Source of the DNA: Dehalococcoidia bacterium
GTDB taxonomy: Bacteria; Chloroflexota; Dehalococcoidia; Lucifugimonadales; UBA2985
Length of the DNA stretch: 64,000 nucleotides
Assembly (NCBI GenBank): GCA_034421015.1
Contig: DAOUKT010000024.1
Coordinates: 16,404-80,403, forward strand
Direction of reading: 5' to 3'
Shown piece after piece: positions 1-9,879 of the stretch. The notes under the pieces were generated by a model that was given only the letters and a program-made list of their open reading frames with translations, made no database searches and was not told the DNA's origin. How positions within the stretch are numbered: position 1 is the stretch's first letter; every line of letters starts with the position of its first letter. The position numbers and the translations under genes are program-made.

Positions 1-1
1 G

Positions 2-1195
2 TTCACCATGCTGGAGTCCGGGGCCGTGCGCACCAAGAACGCCTCCATGATATGCCTCAAGAACATCGGCATATACTCAATTGCTGGCCTGGCCTACTTC
101 TTCGTTGGCTACAACCTCATGTACGTCGACGTTGTGGAAGTAATCGGCTCCTTCAAATTCCTTTACGGGCCTACGGCCGACGAAATCGCCCTTGTAGGCG
201 GAGACGCCGGCGCCGCGGCCAGCGTGATTGAGAGCGGCTACTCCACAATGTCCGACTGGTTCTTCCAGATGGTCTTTGTGGCGACTGCCGCGTCGGTCGT
301 GTCCGGCGCCATCGCAGAGCGCATCAAGATATGGTCGTTCCTGCTGTTCACCCTTCTCCTTACGGCCATCATCTACCCCGTCGTGGGAGCGTGGACGTGG
401 GGCGGCGGATGGCTCAGCGAGTTGGGTTTCCAGGACTTTGCCGGTTCCACCATAGTGCACAGCACCGGCGGCTGGGCAGCCCTGGCGGGAGTGTGGCTGG
501 TGGGCCCGCGGCTGGGCAAGTACCGCGGCGACGGCAGCGTCAGGCCAACCCCTCCCTCCAATGTGCTGGTGGTGACCTTGGGCGTCTTCATCCTCTGGCT
601 TGGCTGGTTCGGCTTCAACGGCGGCTCGCAGCTGGCCCTTGGTAGCGCAATGGACGTGGTGGCGATGAGCCACGTGCTGGTCAACACCAACCTTGCAGCG
701 GCGGCCGGGGTGGTGGCTGCACTGGTGGTGTCGCGGCCCATTCTGGGTCGCATGGACCTGTTCGCAGGCCTGAACGGTGCGATTGCCGGGCTGGTCTCCA
801 TCACGGCAGGGCCTGCCATCACCGACCACTACTGGGCCGTCATCGTGGGGGCAATTGGCGGGATAATCTGCACGGCCGGTCTGAAGCTGCTGGAAAGAGT
901 CAAACTGGACGACGTAGTCGGAGCGATACCCGCCCACCTGATGGCTGGTATTTGGGGCACCCTCGCCGTTTCCTTCACGTCCGGCGGCCAGTTCCACGTA
1001 CAGCTGCTGGGCGTGGTTTCCGTTGGAGCATTCGTGTTCGCGACGGCCTGGCTGGTGTGGAAGGCTATGGCCCTGACGATTGGCCTCCGGGTGTCACAAC
1101 AGGTGGAGCGGCTGGGCCAGGACGTGGGAGAGCTGGGCATAGAGGCGTACCCTGAGTTTGTGCTCATGCCGGATGACCTGGAGGACGACGACTAG
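2..1195 (+). CDS. amtB: Ammonium transporter (Amt/MEP family), 5'-partial at window edge
   Basis: ORF 8..1195, with the frame open to the window start. It is polytopic and carries Amt-like motifs FFQMVFVATAASVVSGAIAERIK and VHSTGGWAALAG. The expected N-terminal helices are missing. Confidence 0.9.
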   Translation, partial: FTMLESGAVRTKNASMICLKNIGIYSIAGLAYFFVGYNLMYVDVVEVIGSFKFLYGPTADEIALVGGDAGAAASVIESGYSTMSDWFFQMVFVATAASVVSGAIAERIKIWSFLLFTLLLTAIIYPVVGAWTWGGGWLSELGFQDFAGSTIVHSTGGWAALAGVWLVGPRLGKYRGDGSVRPTPPSNVLVVTLGVFILWLGWFGFNGGSQLALGSAMDVVAMSHVLVNTNLAAAAGVVAALVVSRPILGRMDLFAGLNGAIAGLVSITAGPAITDHYWAVIVGAIGGIICTAGLKLLERVKLDDVVGAIPAHLMAGIWGTLAVSFTSGGQFHVQLLGVVSVGAFVFATAWLVWKAMALTIGLRVSQQVERLGQDVGELGIEAYPEFVLMPDDLEDDD

Positions 1196-1309
1196 CGATC
1201 GGGCGCTGCCCGCCTCCGATCTCAGGAACCTTTGCAGTTATGCGAAGGAGCTTATCGTTACACCCGCGAAAACAGACCTTCGCGTAACTCCAATTGGCGC
1301 GCGCCCTCT

Positions 1310-1455
1310 TCGTCACTCCTGCGGAAGGAGACCTTTGCGCAACTATGGCAGCATATTGGAGGCAATACGTTTATCGTCATTCCCGCGAAAGCGGGAATCT
1401 ATTTCCTTCTATATCAGACACCCTGGATTCCGGCTTCCGCCGGAATGACGCGGCA
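1310..1455 (-). repeat. Family A dispersed palindromic repeat (double hairpin), inverted relative to the other copies
   Basis: Contains gtcattcccgcgaaagcgggaatc and ggattccggcttccgccggaatgac hairpins. The flank ggagacctttgcgcaactatggcagcatattggaggcaatacgtttatcgtcat is the reverse complement of 35981-36034. Confidence 0.8.
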
Positions 1456-1469
1456 GATGTCCCAGTCTC

Positions 1470-2879
1470 TTACGGAAGGATTATGGAGTCGTACATGACC
1501 TTCCCAAGCTCCGGGTACTCCAGCCCCCTCTTCCCTGCCCTCTTCTGTATCGTGTTCCTGATAATCTGGCTGATCTCTCCAAGCTCGCCGTCAGGGGTGA
1601 CCGATTCAATGTAGGCGAATATCTCGTCACCAGGCGTGTTGACGAACTTCAGGAACACCTCGTACAGCGAGCTTCCCGACAGGCGGCCGTTGGCCTCAAA
1701 CTCCTCCCTGAGATGGGAGAAGTCCGGGTCCATGAAGACTGCCGTCCACACCAGCAGCCTTCCTCTGGAGTAGGCTTCCGGCCCGTACAGTTCGGAACCC
1801 TGCAGCGTCACAACGGAGTTGAGGATAGAGTCTATCTGGGAGTCCGGTACATGCCAACCTTCCGGCAGGGCTGAGGTCTCAACGCCGGTATGCTCCGCCA
1901 GGACCCTGAAGTTGGCGGCCTCAAACGCCATCGCAGTTGCTTCCGCAAAGGCCCTCCACGTCAGAATCTCATCGGGGTATTCGTTGACCTCAAGCCACTC
2001 TCTCCACTGGTCAGGGTTGAGGACGTCATTCAGGCCGTGCCCCACCTCGTGAAACATTGTACCCAGTGCGCTCGGAAGGAGTTTATCGGCATTGACGAAC
2101 ATGTGTATTCCGTCTTCCTTATGCCGGCAGCACCAACCCAGGGCTGCTTTGCCTCCCGGAAATCCCTCTTCGTCAGAAACCCGCCAGTAGTCCTCCGTTG
2201 AGAGAATTCGTATCACATATCCATCCTGGGACGGAGACCGCCCGGTCAGGTGGTAGTAGGTGTTGTCAAAGAGCTCGAGCAGAAGGCCGGAGTTGTCGGC
2301 CCTTACCACCGTCCCATCGGAGCTGTAGGTTGTTGAGAACGTCTGGCGCACAGGTCTCACCGTCATGTCCAGCAGGTCCTTAAGCTCAGCCGACGATAGG
2401 GGTTCAAATGGTATGGGCGTCGGCGTTGGTGTTGGCGTAGGGGTCGGCACAGGAGTAGGCGTTGCCGTAGCGGTGGCAGTGGGAACGGGGGTAGGCGTAT
2501 GGGTCGGCAGCGGAGTTGGGACTTGGGTGGCCGTAGGCACAGGTGAAGGTGTCGGCGTGGGCGTAGGAACCGACGTTGGGACAGGCGTAGAGGTAGGAAG
2601 AGGAGTCCACGTGGGTTCAGGCGTCCAGGTGGGTTCAGGTGTCCAAGTTGGCTCAAGAGTGGACGTGGGCATGGGCGCCGGGACGAGCGTTGGAACAACA
2701 GTCGCAGTTGGCAACGCGGCTCTGGTCGGTGGGGATGTGGGCGTTTCGGCGGTACACCCGGCAACAACCAGGCAGGCAATGACTCCGGCAAGCGCCAAGA
2801 GTGTCTTCACCGGTTGCTCCCGATTTGACTGCGCCAATACCTCACCCCAAGAGAACTCCGACAGGTCATACGCCACCAT
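1470..2879 (-). CDS. Secreted lipoprotein with Thr/Pro-rich linker and HExxH zinc-metalloprotease motif
   Basis: ORF 1470..2960. I prefer the internal ATG at 2879 (MVAYD...), which precedes the lipobox-like LLALAGVIACLVVAGC. A long TP-rich linker follows, then FHEVGHGL (HExxH). Confidence 0.6.
   Translation of the reverse strand: MVAYDLSEFSWGEVLAQSNREQPVKTLLALAGVIACLVVAGCTAETPTSPPTRAALPTATVVPTLVPAPMPTSTLEPTWTPEPTWTPEPTWTPLPTSTPVPTSVPTPTPTPSPVPTATQVPTPLPTHTPTPVPTATATATPTPVPTPTPTPTPTPIPFEPLSSAELKDLLDMTVRPVRQTFSTTYSSDGTVVRADNSGLLLELFDNTYYHLTGRSPSQDGYVIRILSTEDYWRVSDEEGFPGGKAALGWCCRHKEDGIHMFVNADKLLPSALGTMFHEVGHGLNDVLNPDQWREWLEVNEYPDEILTWRAFAEATAMAFEAANFRVLAEHTGVETSALPEGWHVPDSQIDSILNSVVTLQGSELYGPEAYSRGRLLVWTAVFMDPDFSHLREEFEANGRLSGSSLYEVFLKFVNTPGDEIFAYIESVTPDGELGEISQIIRNTIQKRAGKRGLEYPELGKVMYDSIILP
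2605..2658. repeat. Tandem 18-bp repeat x3 inside the CDS (encodes EPTWTP x3)
   Basis: gtccacgtgggttcaggc / gtccaggtgggttcaggt / gtccaagttggctcaaga. The translation shows PTWTPEPTWTPEPTWTP. Confidence 0.8.
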
Positions 2880-2983
2880 ATTAGTCCAGGCCGCGCAGTG
2901 GAGTCCAGAACTCAGGCATACGGCGACATCGCGCTCTCCCAGGCCTTGACACTCTCTCAATCGCTACTTAGTATTACGACACA

Positions 2984-4957
2984 GTGTATGGAACGTTCGG
3001 AAATACGGCGCGTCTGCCGGCCCTAGGGCGCGGCCTCTTCGCTATAGCGGTCCTTTCCATGCTCCTGCTGGCGGCCTGCACCGAAGAGGCAGAACCCACG
3101 CCAACCGAGCGGCCCACTGCAACTGCCGCCCCCACCGCCACTACACCACCCGCGCCGGTGGAGCAACCCACATCTGCTCCACAGCCCACGCCTACCGAGC
3201 GGCCCACTGCGACGCCTCAACCGTCTCCCACGTCCACCCCTCCACCCGAGCCGGGCATGGTGGAAAGACTCAGGCAGAACGCTGAGAGCTTCCAGTACAC
3301 CGTGGGCAAGAGGGGCGGAAGCCTGACCTTCGCCACTATCTCGGAGCCCCTTACCCTCAATCTCGCCATCTCAAACGACGCCGGGTCGTCCGGTGTTCTG
3401 GGATACCTCTTTGAAGGGCTGACCGAGACCTCGTGGTTGAATGACCAGGTTGAGCCGGCCCTGGCGGAATCCTGGGAAACCTCGGACGACGGCCTGACGT
3501 GGACTTTTCGCATCCGCCCGGACGTGACCTGGCACGACGGGGAGCCCTTCACGGCCCAAGACGTGGACTTCACCTTCAACCGCATCATCTACAACCAGGA
3601 CATTCCGGCCAGCAGCCGTGCGGCGTTCACCTTCCGCTACCTGAACGAGGAGACAGGCACGTGGCAGGAGTCGCCCATGACGGTAACGGCACTGGACGAC
3701 TACACCGTCCAGTGTGTGCTGCCCGTGCCCTTTGCCCCGTTTCTCCGCTCAATGGGCACCTCTATCTACCCGAAGCATATCCTGGAAGCCAGCGTTGACG
3801 ACGGCACATTCACCTCCACCTGGGACATAGACACGGACCCGTCGGAGGTGATTGGCACCGGGCCGTTCACCATCGGGAGCTACGTGCCGGGCGAGCGCGT
3901 GGTGCTGCAGCGCAACCCCAACTACTGGCTCCAGGACGCCCTTGGCAACTCCCTGCCCTACCTGGAGCAGATAGTCCGCATCATTGTCCCCGACTTCGAA
4001 GCCGATCTCGCCAGTTTCCTGGACGGCGAGTCGGACACCTACGGCGTGCTGGGAGAGGACCTCCCTCAGCTGGAGCCGCTTCAGGAGGACGGGAACTTTA
4101 CCATATACAGGCGGGGGCCCGCTTTCGGGACGACGTTCCTGGGCTTCAACATGAACCCCGGCGAGATCGGCCCTACGGCGCCCTTCGTCGCCCCTGAGAA
4201 GCTGGAGTGGTTCCGCAACACCCGGTTCCGCCAGGCTGTCGCCCACAGCATCGACAAGGACGCCATCATCAACGATGTCCACTTCGGTGAGGCTTATCCC
4301 CAGTGGTCCTCCGTAAGCCCGGCGGCCGGCGACTTCCACAACCCGAACGTTCGGAGGTATGAGTACGACTTGGACAAAGCCAACGAAATCCTGGATGGCC
4401 TGGGCTGGGTGGACACCAACGGGGACGGGGTGCGGGAGGACGCCGACGGCAACGAGATCAGGTTTACTTTGATTACAAACACGGGCAACAGCGTGCGGGA
4501 GAGGGTGGGTGAAATTGTCAGCCGGAGGATGGCGGACATAGGCCTGGGTGTGGACTACCAGCTGGTTGAGTTTGGAGACCTGGTCTTCAGTCTGACCGTC
4601 TCCTACGACTGGGAGGCCATGATAGTGGGCTTCACCGGAGGGCCGGACCCGTACAGCGGCATCAGCTTCTGGCACAGCAGTGAAGGTCTGCACCTGTGGT
4701 ACCCGTACCAGACGGAGCCCGCGACGGAGTGGGAAGCCGAAATAGACGATCTGTACGTCAAGGCCAGCCAGGAGCTTGACCACGAAAAGCGCGTGAGCTA
4801 CTACCACCGCGCCCAGGAGATCGCCGCGGAGAACGTGCCGGTCATTTACACAACCCTATCCGAGAGACTTTCCGCAACGCGCAACGTCTTCGGCAATTTG
4901 ACGCCCACCCTCTACGGACTGTGGGACATCCGCTACCTGTTCCGCACTGACATCTAG
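2984..4957 (+). CDS. ABC transporter substrate-binding lipoprotein, family 5 (peptide/nickel, DppA/OppA-like)
   Basis: 657 aa. Signal plus lipobox LLLAACTEE, a TP-rich linker, then a typical SBP_bac_5-like body (LAESWETSDDGLTWTFRIRPDVTWHDGEPFTAQDV). Confidence 0.85.
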   Translation: MYGTFGNTARLPALGRGLFAIAVLSMLLLAACTEEAEPTPTERPTATAAPTATTPPAPVEQPTSAPQPTPTERPTATPQPSPTSTPPPEPGMVERLRQNAESFQYTVGKRGGSLTFATISEPLTLNLAISNDAGSSGVLGYLFEGLTETSWLNDQVEPALAESWETSDDGLTWTFRIRPDVTWHDGEPFTAQDVDFTFNRIIYNQDIPASSRAAFTFRYLNEETGTWQESPMTVTALDDYTVQCVLPVPFAPFLRSMGTSIYPKHILEASVDDGTFTSTWDIDTDPSEVIGTGPFTIGSYVPGERVVLQRNPNYWLQDALGNSLPYLEQIVRIIVPDFEADLASFLDGESDTYGVLGEDLPQLEPLQEDGNFTIYRRGPAFGTTFLGFNMNPGEIGPTAPFVAPEKLEWFRNTRFRQAVAHSIDKDAIINDVHFGEAYPQWSSVSPAAGDFHNPNVRRYEYDLDKANEILDGLGWVDTNGDGVREDADGNEIRFTLITNTGNSVRERVGEIVSRRMADIGLGVDYQLVEFGDLVFSLTVSYDWEAMIVGFTGGPDPYSGISFWHSSEGLHLWYPYQTEPATEWEAEIDDLYVKASQELDHEKRVSYYHRAQEIAAENVPVIYTTLSERLSATRNVFGNLTPTLYGLWDIRYLFRTDI

Positions 4958-5152
4958 TCCTGAGACAAGCTCAGGCGTCAGTGATTTCAGTCACTATTGA
5001 CACGCACTATCGGTTTAGCTAGTCTTTGAACAGTTAGCGTTGTCGCAGTTCCGCACGGCGTTCGCGCTCGAACGGCAGAAACCGCCAACAAGCGAATTGG
5101 CGACCACATACGGCGGCTTGCCACAGAGCGGACCAGGTTAGGAGCGTGTCAC

Positions 5153-5875
5153 TTGAGCAGTTCCAATCAATCGCGGCCGGAAGAAGAGGAAGAGCAGGAG
5201 AAGAAACCCAACATCCTCGCCCGCTTCGACCGCCACATGCAGGGTAGGACTATGGCGGGATTGCTCGGACTCCTGCCCCTCCTTGCAACAGTCGTCGTCA
5301 TCCTCTTCTTCGTAGGTCACGCAGACAGCCTGGTCAGACCCCTGCCCTTTGTATCCGGGCAACCCTGGGACTTCCCGGGCATCGGAATCATCGCCCTGTT
5401 CTTCCTGTTCTATTTTGTGGGGCTCATTGTACTCATCCCGCCGGGACGCAAGCTGATCGACGCACTGGACTTTGTCCTTGCCCGGATGCCAATAGTGAAG
5501 ACCATTTTTGGCGTCTCCAAGCAGGCGACCACAGCCCTGACGTCTCAGTACAACTTCAGCAGGGTTGTTTTTGTGGAGTGGCCCAGAGAGGGCATGGTGG
5601 CGATGGGCTTTGTTACCGGCCGCGTCTTCTCCCACGACGGGGAATCCTCCGTAGCAGTGGTGTACATTCCCACCGTGCCCAACCCCACGTCCGGCAACAT
5701 GGCCTTTGTGCCGGAGGACGACGTCATAGAAACGGATCTGGGAGTTGAAGCGGCAATGAAGCTGATATTCTCCGGCGGAATAGTCCTGCCGGACTCCATA
5801 AGCATGGCCAGGGTGCCCAGAGAACCGGAGGACGCACAGCAGGGTCTGACCGGCCGGTTCCACGTGGAACGCTAG
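5153..5875 (+). CDS. DUF502-family membrane protein
   Basis: 240 aa with two N-terminal TM helices. Motifs PIVKTIFGVSKQ and YIPTVPNPTSGNMAFV resemble DUF502 as I recall it. Confidence 0.7.
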   Translation: MSSSNQSRPEEEEEQEKKPNILARFDRHMQGRTMAGLLGLLPLLATVVVILFFVGHADSLVRPLPFVSGQPWDFPGIGIIALFFLFYFVGLIVLIPPGRKLIDALDFVLARMPIVKTIFGVSKQATTALTSQYNFSRVVFVEWPREGMVAMGFVTGRVFSHDGESSVAVVYIPTVPNPTSGNMAFVPEDDVIETDLGVEAAMKLIFSGGIVLPDSISMARVPREPEDAQQGLTGRFHVER

Positions 5876-5944
5876 AACAGCCAGCGATTTCCGGGCTGGT
5901 CAGCGTATAGGAAATTGGACTACCAGTCGGAGCGTACCAGGGGA

Positions 5945-8173
5945 CTAGTCCTGAACTGCCTCCGGTTCCGGTTCCGGTTCCGCCTGATTCTCGGACTCCT
6001 GCTCCTGCCCGTCACCAACGCCGCCATCCTCCATTGGGCCTCCAGTCAGCACCAGCGGCAGTCGGATTATCATCTCCGTAAACTCGCCCTTCGATGAAGT
6101 GGCGCTGATTGCCCCGCCGTGCTGCCGGATAATGTCGCTGGAGATGGCAAGTCCAAGCCCGGTGCCCTGGTCTGTGGGTTTGGTGGTGAAGAACGGGTTG
6201 AATATCTTGTCGATAACGTCGTCGGGTATCCCGTCACCATTGTCACGTATCGTGACCTCAACCTGGTCCCCCTTGAGCCGCGTAGTCAGCCAGACTGTTG
6301 GGTAGTACACCTCTGCGCCATTCCCGGCCTCCACCCTTGCCATCCGCTTCTCATGGGTGGCATAGCATGAGTTGCTGACCATGTTCAGGAAGACGCGTCC
6401 AAGGTCCTGAGGGACCACCTCCAAATCGCCCACGTCAGAGTCAAGGTCCATCTGAAGGTCAAGCTGGAACTCAGGGTTCGTGGCTCTTGCGCTGTGATAG
6501 GCCAGCTTTGAGTATTCATCCACCAACCCGTTGATGTTGGCTGCCCGGCGCTCTCCCGAGCCTCTGCCCATCATCAGCATATCGTTTACGATGCGGTTGG
6601 CTCTGCCCCCGTGGCTTCTGATGCGCTCCAGGTTGCTGCTGAGGTCCTGGGAAATATCCTGGATGAGGCCCCTTTGCTCTGAGTCTATGCTCTCACCGCT
6701 CTCATCCAGGATCTCGTTCAGCTCCGTGAGTAGCTCCTCAGAGACCTCCGAGAAGTTGTTGACGAAGTTCAGAGGATTCCTGATCTCGTGGGCCACGCCG
6801 GCTGTCAGCTCACCAAGGGCGGCCAGCTTCTCTCGCATTACAATCTGGTCCTGGGCCCTTTGCAGGTCGGCCAGGACGCTCTCCAGTTCGTCGTTCTTGG
6901 ACTGCAGCTCCTGGGCCAGCTGCTCCACCAGGTTCAATCGCTGCACCTCCAGGGCGTGCTGGCGGAATATCTCCAGTGCGGCGGCCATGTCCGCCACCTC
7001 GTCCCTCCCTCCAATCTGGACCTGGGACTCCAGGTCTCCCCTGGCCATACGCCGCATCCATTCGGACAGCAATCCCAGCCGGCGAAGGAGGACTCGCCCA
7101 ACGAACTGCCAGGCAATCAGCAGAGCGCCGGCCACGCTGCTTGCGCTGATGGCGAGCAGCAGGGTACGGCCCGTCAGAATGGCCTGGGTAGACGCCTCCG
7201 TGGCTCCCTGGACGCTGATGTTGGCCGCGCTGACCAGGCCGTCCACCTCGTTCACCAGGTCCACGGCTATTCTGTTGTTCGCATCAAGCAGGGTCCGCTG
7301 TCTATCAAGAATCGCCAGTTCCTGGGCGCGCAGGTCAAACCCGTTCCCCTCGCCCATGCCAAGATTGAACAGCCACGTGAAGATGGGAGCAAACACTGCG
7401 CGCACCTGGTTGTCCTGGAGTACCGCCACCCTGCGGTCGATCTGCCCCGCAATGGCCTCAAAGCGCTCGCGAAGCGGCTCTATGAGAGGGGCCTCAGTAA
7501 CGCTGAAGGCGCTGACAAGCAGCTGGGTGGCAACGTTGGCATCCGCCTGGATCTCAGCAAGGTTGCGATAGAGGCTCACCTCGTCCGCCGAGAAATAGAA
7601 ATCCGGATTGGCAGGTGGCTCGTCCTGACTTCTGTAGCCGGTCATAGTGTAGAAATACTGGTTGTCCACCGCCGGGACCACCGTGGCGTCAAGCCTGGTG
7701 TTGACGGTGTTGAGCTGCTCTCTTACGTCCTCTCTACTTTCCGCTACCACGAACAGCTCGTTCATGGACTCAGTCAGGAGGTCTATGTTGAGGACAACCG
7801 AGTTTGCGTAGTCACGGATCATCTGGACTCGCTCTTCCTCAGTGCCCCTGGACGCCAGGGATTCAATCTCGGCCTCAAGGGCCGTATGAGACTCCGTAAT
7901 GAGCTCAGCGGCCTCCTCAAGATCTTCGGAGTTGGTTGCCGTTGTAAGCCGCGGGGCGGCCGTCACAAGCGTGTTGCTGAGCTGTGCAATGCTGAACGCC
8001 TGCACAAGGTCCGGCACGCTCCCCTCGTTCACCCTGCTCTGCACTTCGCCAACTCGGTTGAAGGAGAACCAGCCAACGAGACTGGCTGCCACCGTCAGGG
8101 CAACCGCGGCTCCAATTACCACGTACAGCTGGGTGGAAATGCGGAACCGTAGAGCAAAGAACCGGCCAATCAT
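5945..8173 (-). CDS. Sensor histidine kinase (large periplasmic domain, HAMP, HisKA, HATPase_c)
   Basis: 742 aa with an N-terminal TM, a roughly 300-aa extracytoplasmic region and a second TM. H-box GVAHEIRNPLNF, then DNGDGIP and GTGLGLAIS. Its ATG overlaps the upstream gene's stop (ATGA at 8170-8173). Confidence 0.9.
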   Translation of the reverse strand: MIGRFFALRFRISTQLYVVIGAAVALTVAASLVGWFSFNRVGEVQSRVNEGSVPDLVQAFSIAQLSNTLVTAAPRLTTATNSEDLEEAAELITESHTALEAEIESLASRGTEEERVQMIRDYANSVVLNIDLLTESMNELFVVAESREDVREQLNTVNTRLDATVVPAVDNQYFYTMTGYRSQDEPPANPDFYFSADEVSLYRNLAEIQADANVATQLLVSAFSVTEAPLIEPLRERFEAIAGQIDRRVAVLQDNQVRAVFAPIFTWLFNLGMGEGNGFDLRAQELAILDRQRTLLDANNRIAVDLVNEVDGLVSAANISVQGATEASTQAILTGRTLLLAISASSVAGALLIAWQFVGRVLLRRLGLLSEWMRRMARGDLESQVQIGGRDEVADMAAALEIFRQHALEVQRLNLVEQLAQELQSKNDELESVLADLQRAQDQIVMREKLAALGELTAGVAHEIRNPLNFVNNFSEVSEELLTELNEILDESGESIDSEQRGLIQDISQDLSSNLERIRSHGGRANRIVNDMLMMGRGSGERRAANINGLVDEYSKLAYHSARATNPEFQLDLQMDLDSDVGDLEVVPQDLGRVFLNMVSNSCYATHEKRMARVEAGNGAEVYYPTVWLTTRLKGDQVEVTIRDNGDGIPDDVIDKIFNPFFTTKPTDQGTGLGLAISSDIIRQHGGAISATSSKGEFTEMIIRLPLVLTGGPMEDGGVGDGQEQESENQAEPEPEPEAVQD

Positions 8174-9462
8174 GCCCCGGTATCCTCCAATTCGTCATCC
8201 TCTTCGTTGGCCTCCCTGAGGGAGGTTACCGGATTGAAGCTGGCGTCCGGCCCGATAACCGTCATAAATACGCTGTCTGATCCCTGGTTATCGCCCCTCC
8301 CGTAGCGTAGCTGGAAACCGTCGATGTCAATAACGGAGGCGCCCCGCAGACTCTCCAGAAAACACTCTCGAGTGAGGTCGGCGCCGCACTCCTGCAGGCC
8401 CGCTATGGCGAGGCGACCTGCAATATAGCCCTCCAGAGAGCCATAAGAAGGAACGCCCGCCGGCGCAAAGTCGACGAGAGCGCGCATATAGGAAGCCACG
8501 ACGGGTATGGAGTCGTCATTGGGAGACGGCACAACCTGGGCCACAAACACCCCGATGCCATCGGAGCCCAGTTCCTCGGCCAGTGCGCTGCTTCCAACGA
8601 AGGAGAGAGTCATAAAGACGGGGTCCATTCCAAGCTGCAACGCCCATGATATCACACTGGCAACGGGTTCGTACGCCCCTATCAGGACGACGGCCTCCGG
8701 CTCGCCGTCTCTCAGGTCGAGCACCGCGGTCTTCACCGCTGTAGTGTTTCGAGGGTACACGCCTATTGCCACGGGCTCCATGCCCCTCCTGTCCAGGGCA
8801 AGCTGCACGCCAAGATAGCCCGCCTGCCCAAAGGAGTCGTCCTGGTGCAGCACAGCAACCCGGGTGAAGCCAAGGTCGTCCACCAGCTGCCTGACCATCT
8901 CCTCCGTTTCCTGGAAGTAAGAGGCCCGCAGGTTCACCACGTTGGTCAGCTCCGGGACCCGGAGGAATGCCGCTCCCGTAAACGGCGCTATGTAGGGTAC
9001 GCCATCCTCCACCGTAAGGGGGGTGGCCGACCGCGAAGTCGGGGTGCCCACAGCGCCGATGAGGGCAAAGACCTTCCGCTCATTTATGAGCTCCAGGGTG
9101 TTTGCTATCGCCATTTCCGGCTCATAGGCGTCGTCAAGGGACACCAGCTCCAGCTCGCGCCCATAGACGCCGCCGTTCTTGTTGGCCTCGTGGAAGGCGA
9201 CCCTGATACCCAGCCGCATCTCGGTTCCCAGCTCCTGGGCCGGGCCGCTGAACGCGGCGGACTGCCCGAAGAGGACGTGATTGTCAGATACCCCGGGCTC
9301 GGTCGGGTCTACGGTGGGGGTTGGAGATGGTATCGCGGTTGGGGGAGTCTCTGTGACATCCACTTCCTCGAAGAGAGTGCAACCAGCCAGAAGCGCCGGC
9401 GCGGCCAGCGCAAGCGCAACCCAGGCCAATCCTCGACGCAGCGAGGCTGCCACCGGGCCCAT
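8170..9462 (-). CDS. Periplasmic substrate-binding lipoprotein, LivJ/Peripla_BP_6-like
   Basis: 430 aa with lipobox LLAGCTLF and a short TP linker. The body resembles branched-chain amino acid binding proteins (FGQSAAFSGPAQELG, IGAVGTPTS). Its start abuts the stop of the preceding gene (TAA-ATG). Confidence 0.8.
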   Translation of the reverse strand: MGPVAASLRRGLAWVALALAAPALLAGCTLFEEVDVTETPPTAIPSPTPTVDPTEPGVSDNHVLFGQSAAFSGPAQELGTEMRLGIRVAFHEANKNGGVYGRELELVSLDDAYEPEMAIANTLELINERKVFALIGAVGTPTSRSATPLTVEDGVPYIAPFTGAAFLRVPELTNVVNLRASYFQETEEMVRQLVDDLGFTRVAVLHQDDSFGQAGYLGVQLALDRRGMEPVAIGVYPRNTTAVKTAVLDLRDGEPEAVVLIGAYEPVASVISWALQLGMDPVFMTLSFVGSSALAEELGSDGIGVFVAQVVPSPNDDSIPVVASYMRALVDFAPAGVPSYGSLEGYIAGRLAIAGLQECGADLTRECFLESLRGASVIDIDGFQLRYGRGDNQGSDSVFMTVIGPDASFNPVTSLREANEEDDELEDTGA

Positions 9463-9879
9463 TTAACCCCTGCGGGCGACCAGCGTCAGATGATTCTTCC
9501 CCTGCTCTCGCCTGTAGCTCATTTCGTCCATAGTGGTGCGCACTATATGGAGACCCAGACCACCAACGCGCCTGTCTTCAACAGACGACTCAATGTCAGC
9601 CTTGGGAGCATCGTTCACGGGATCAAAGGGCCTGCCGTCATCCACCACTTCAATGGTGACGGCATCTTCCTCCGAGGTTACGACTATATCGATCTCGTGG
9701 ACGCCTTCATCGTGACCGTAGTCAATGATGTTGAGTCCCAGTTCCTCAAGGACCAGGTTCACTTTGAAGACAAGGTCGAAGGGCCAATCCTCTCTAGCCC
9801 CCATATCTTCAACAAAGGTAGCGATATTCTTCAGCTCGTCGCGGCTGGTTGTTACGGTCAGGGATGCCTTCTCGCTCAC
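9463..9879 (-). CDS. RsbW/SpoIIAB-like anti-sigma-type serine kinase (HATPase_c_2)
   Basis: 138 aa. LVLEELGLNIIDYG, VDDGRPFDP and GGLGLHIV are typical of partner-switching kinases. The GTG start overlaps the upstream stop (GTGA at 9876-9879). Confidence 0.75.
   Translation of the reverse strand: MSEKASLTVTTSRDELKNIATFVEDMGAREDWPFDLVFKVNLVLEELGLNIIDYGHDEGVHEIDIVVTSEEDAVTIEVVDDGRPFDPVNDAPKADIESSVEDRRVGGLGLHIVRTTMDEMSYRREQGKNHLTLVARRG

Noticed and set aside
77-997. Long antisense or alternative-frame ORFs overlapping well-supported genes. Examples: 77..997(-), 3749..4807(-), 6788..8152(+), 8845..10017(+), 9849..11078(+), 17238..18551(+), 23779..24840(+), 27294..28481(-), 31677..32732(-), 56101..57738(-), 58968..60584(+).
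   Set aside because: Their translations are Arg/Pro/Gly/Ala-rich low-complexity strings with no motifs, as expected for shadow frames in GC-rich DNA. The opposite or alternate frame carries unmistakable conserved proteins in each case.
1158-1498. Small ORFs reading through the palindromic repeats: 1158..1448, 1232..1498, 18509..18760, 35808..36008, 44249..44596 and 60789..61019, with peptides such as VIPAKAGIY and SFPRKRESI.
   Set aside because: They coincide exactly with family A and C repeat copies, and the same peptides arise from the repeat in either orientation. They are translation artefacts of repeated hairpins, not genes.
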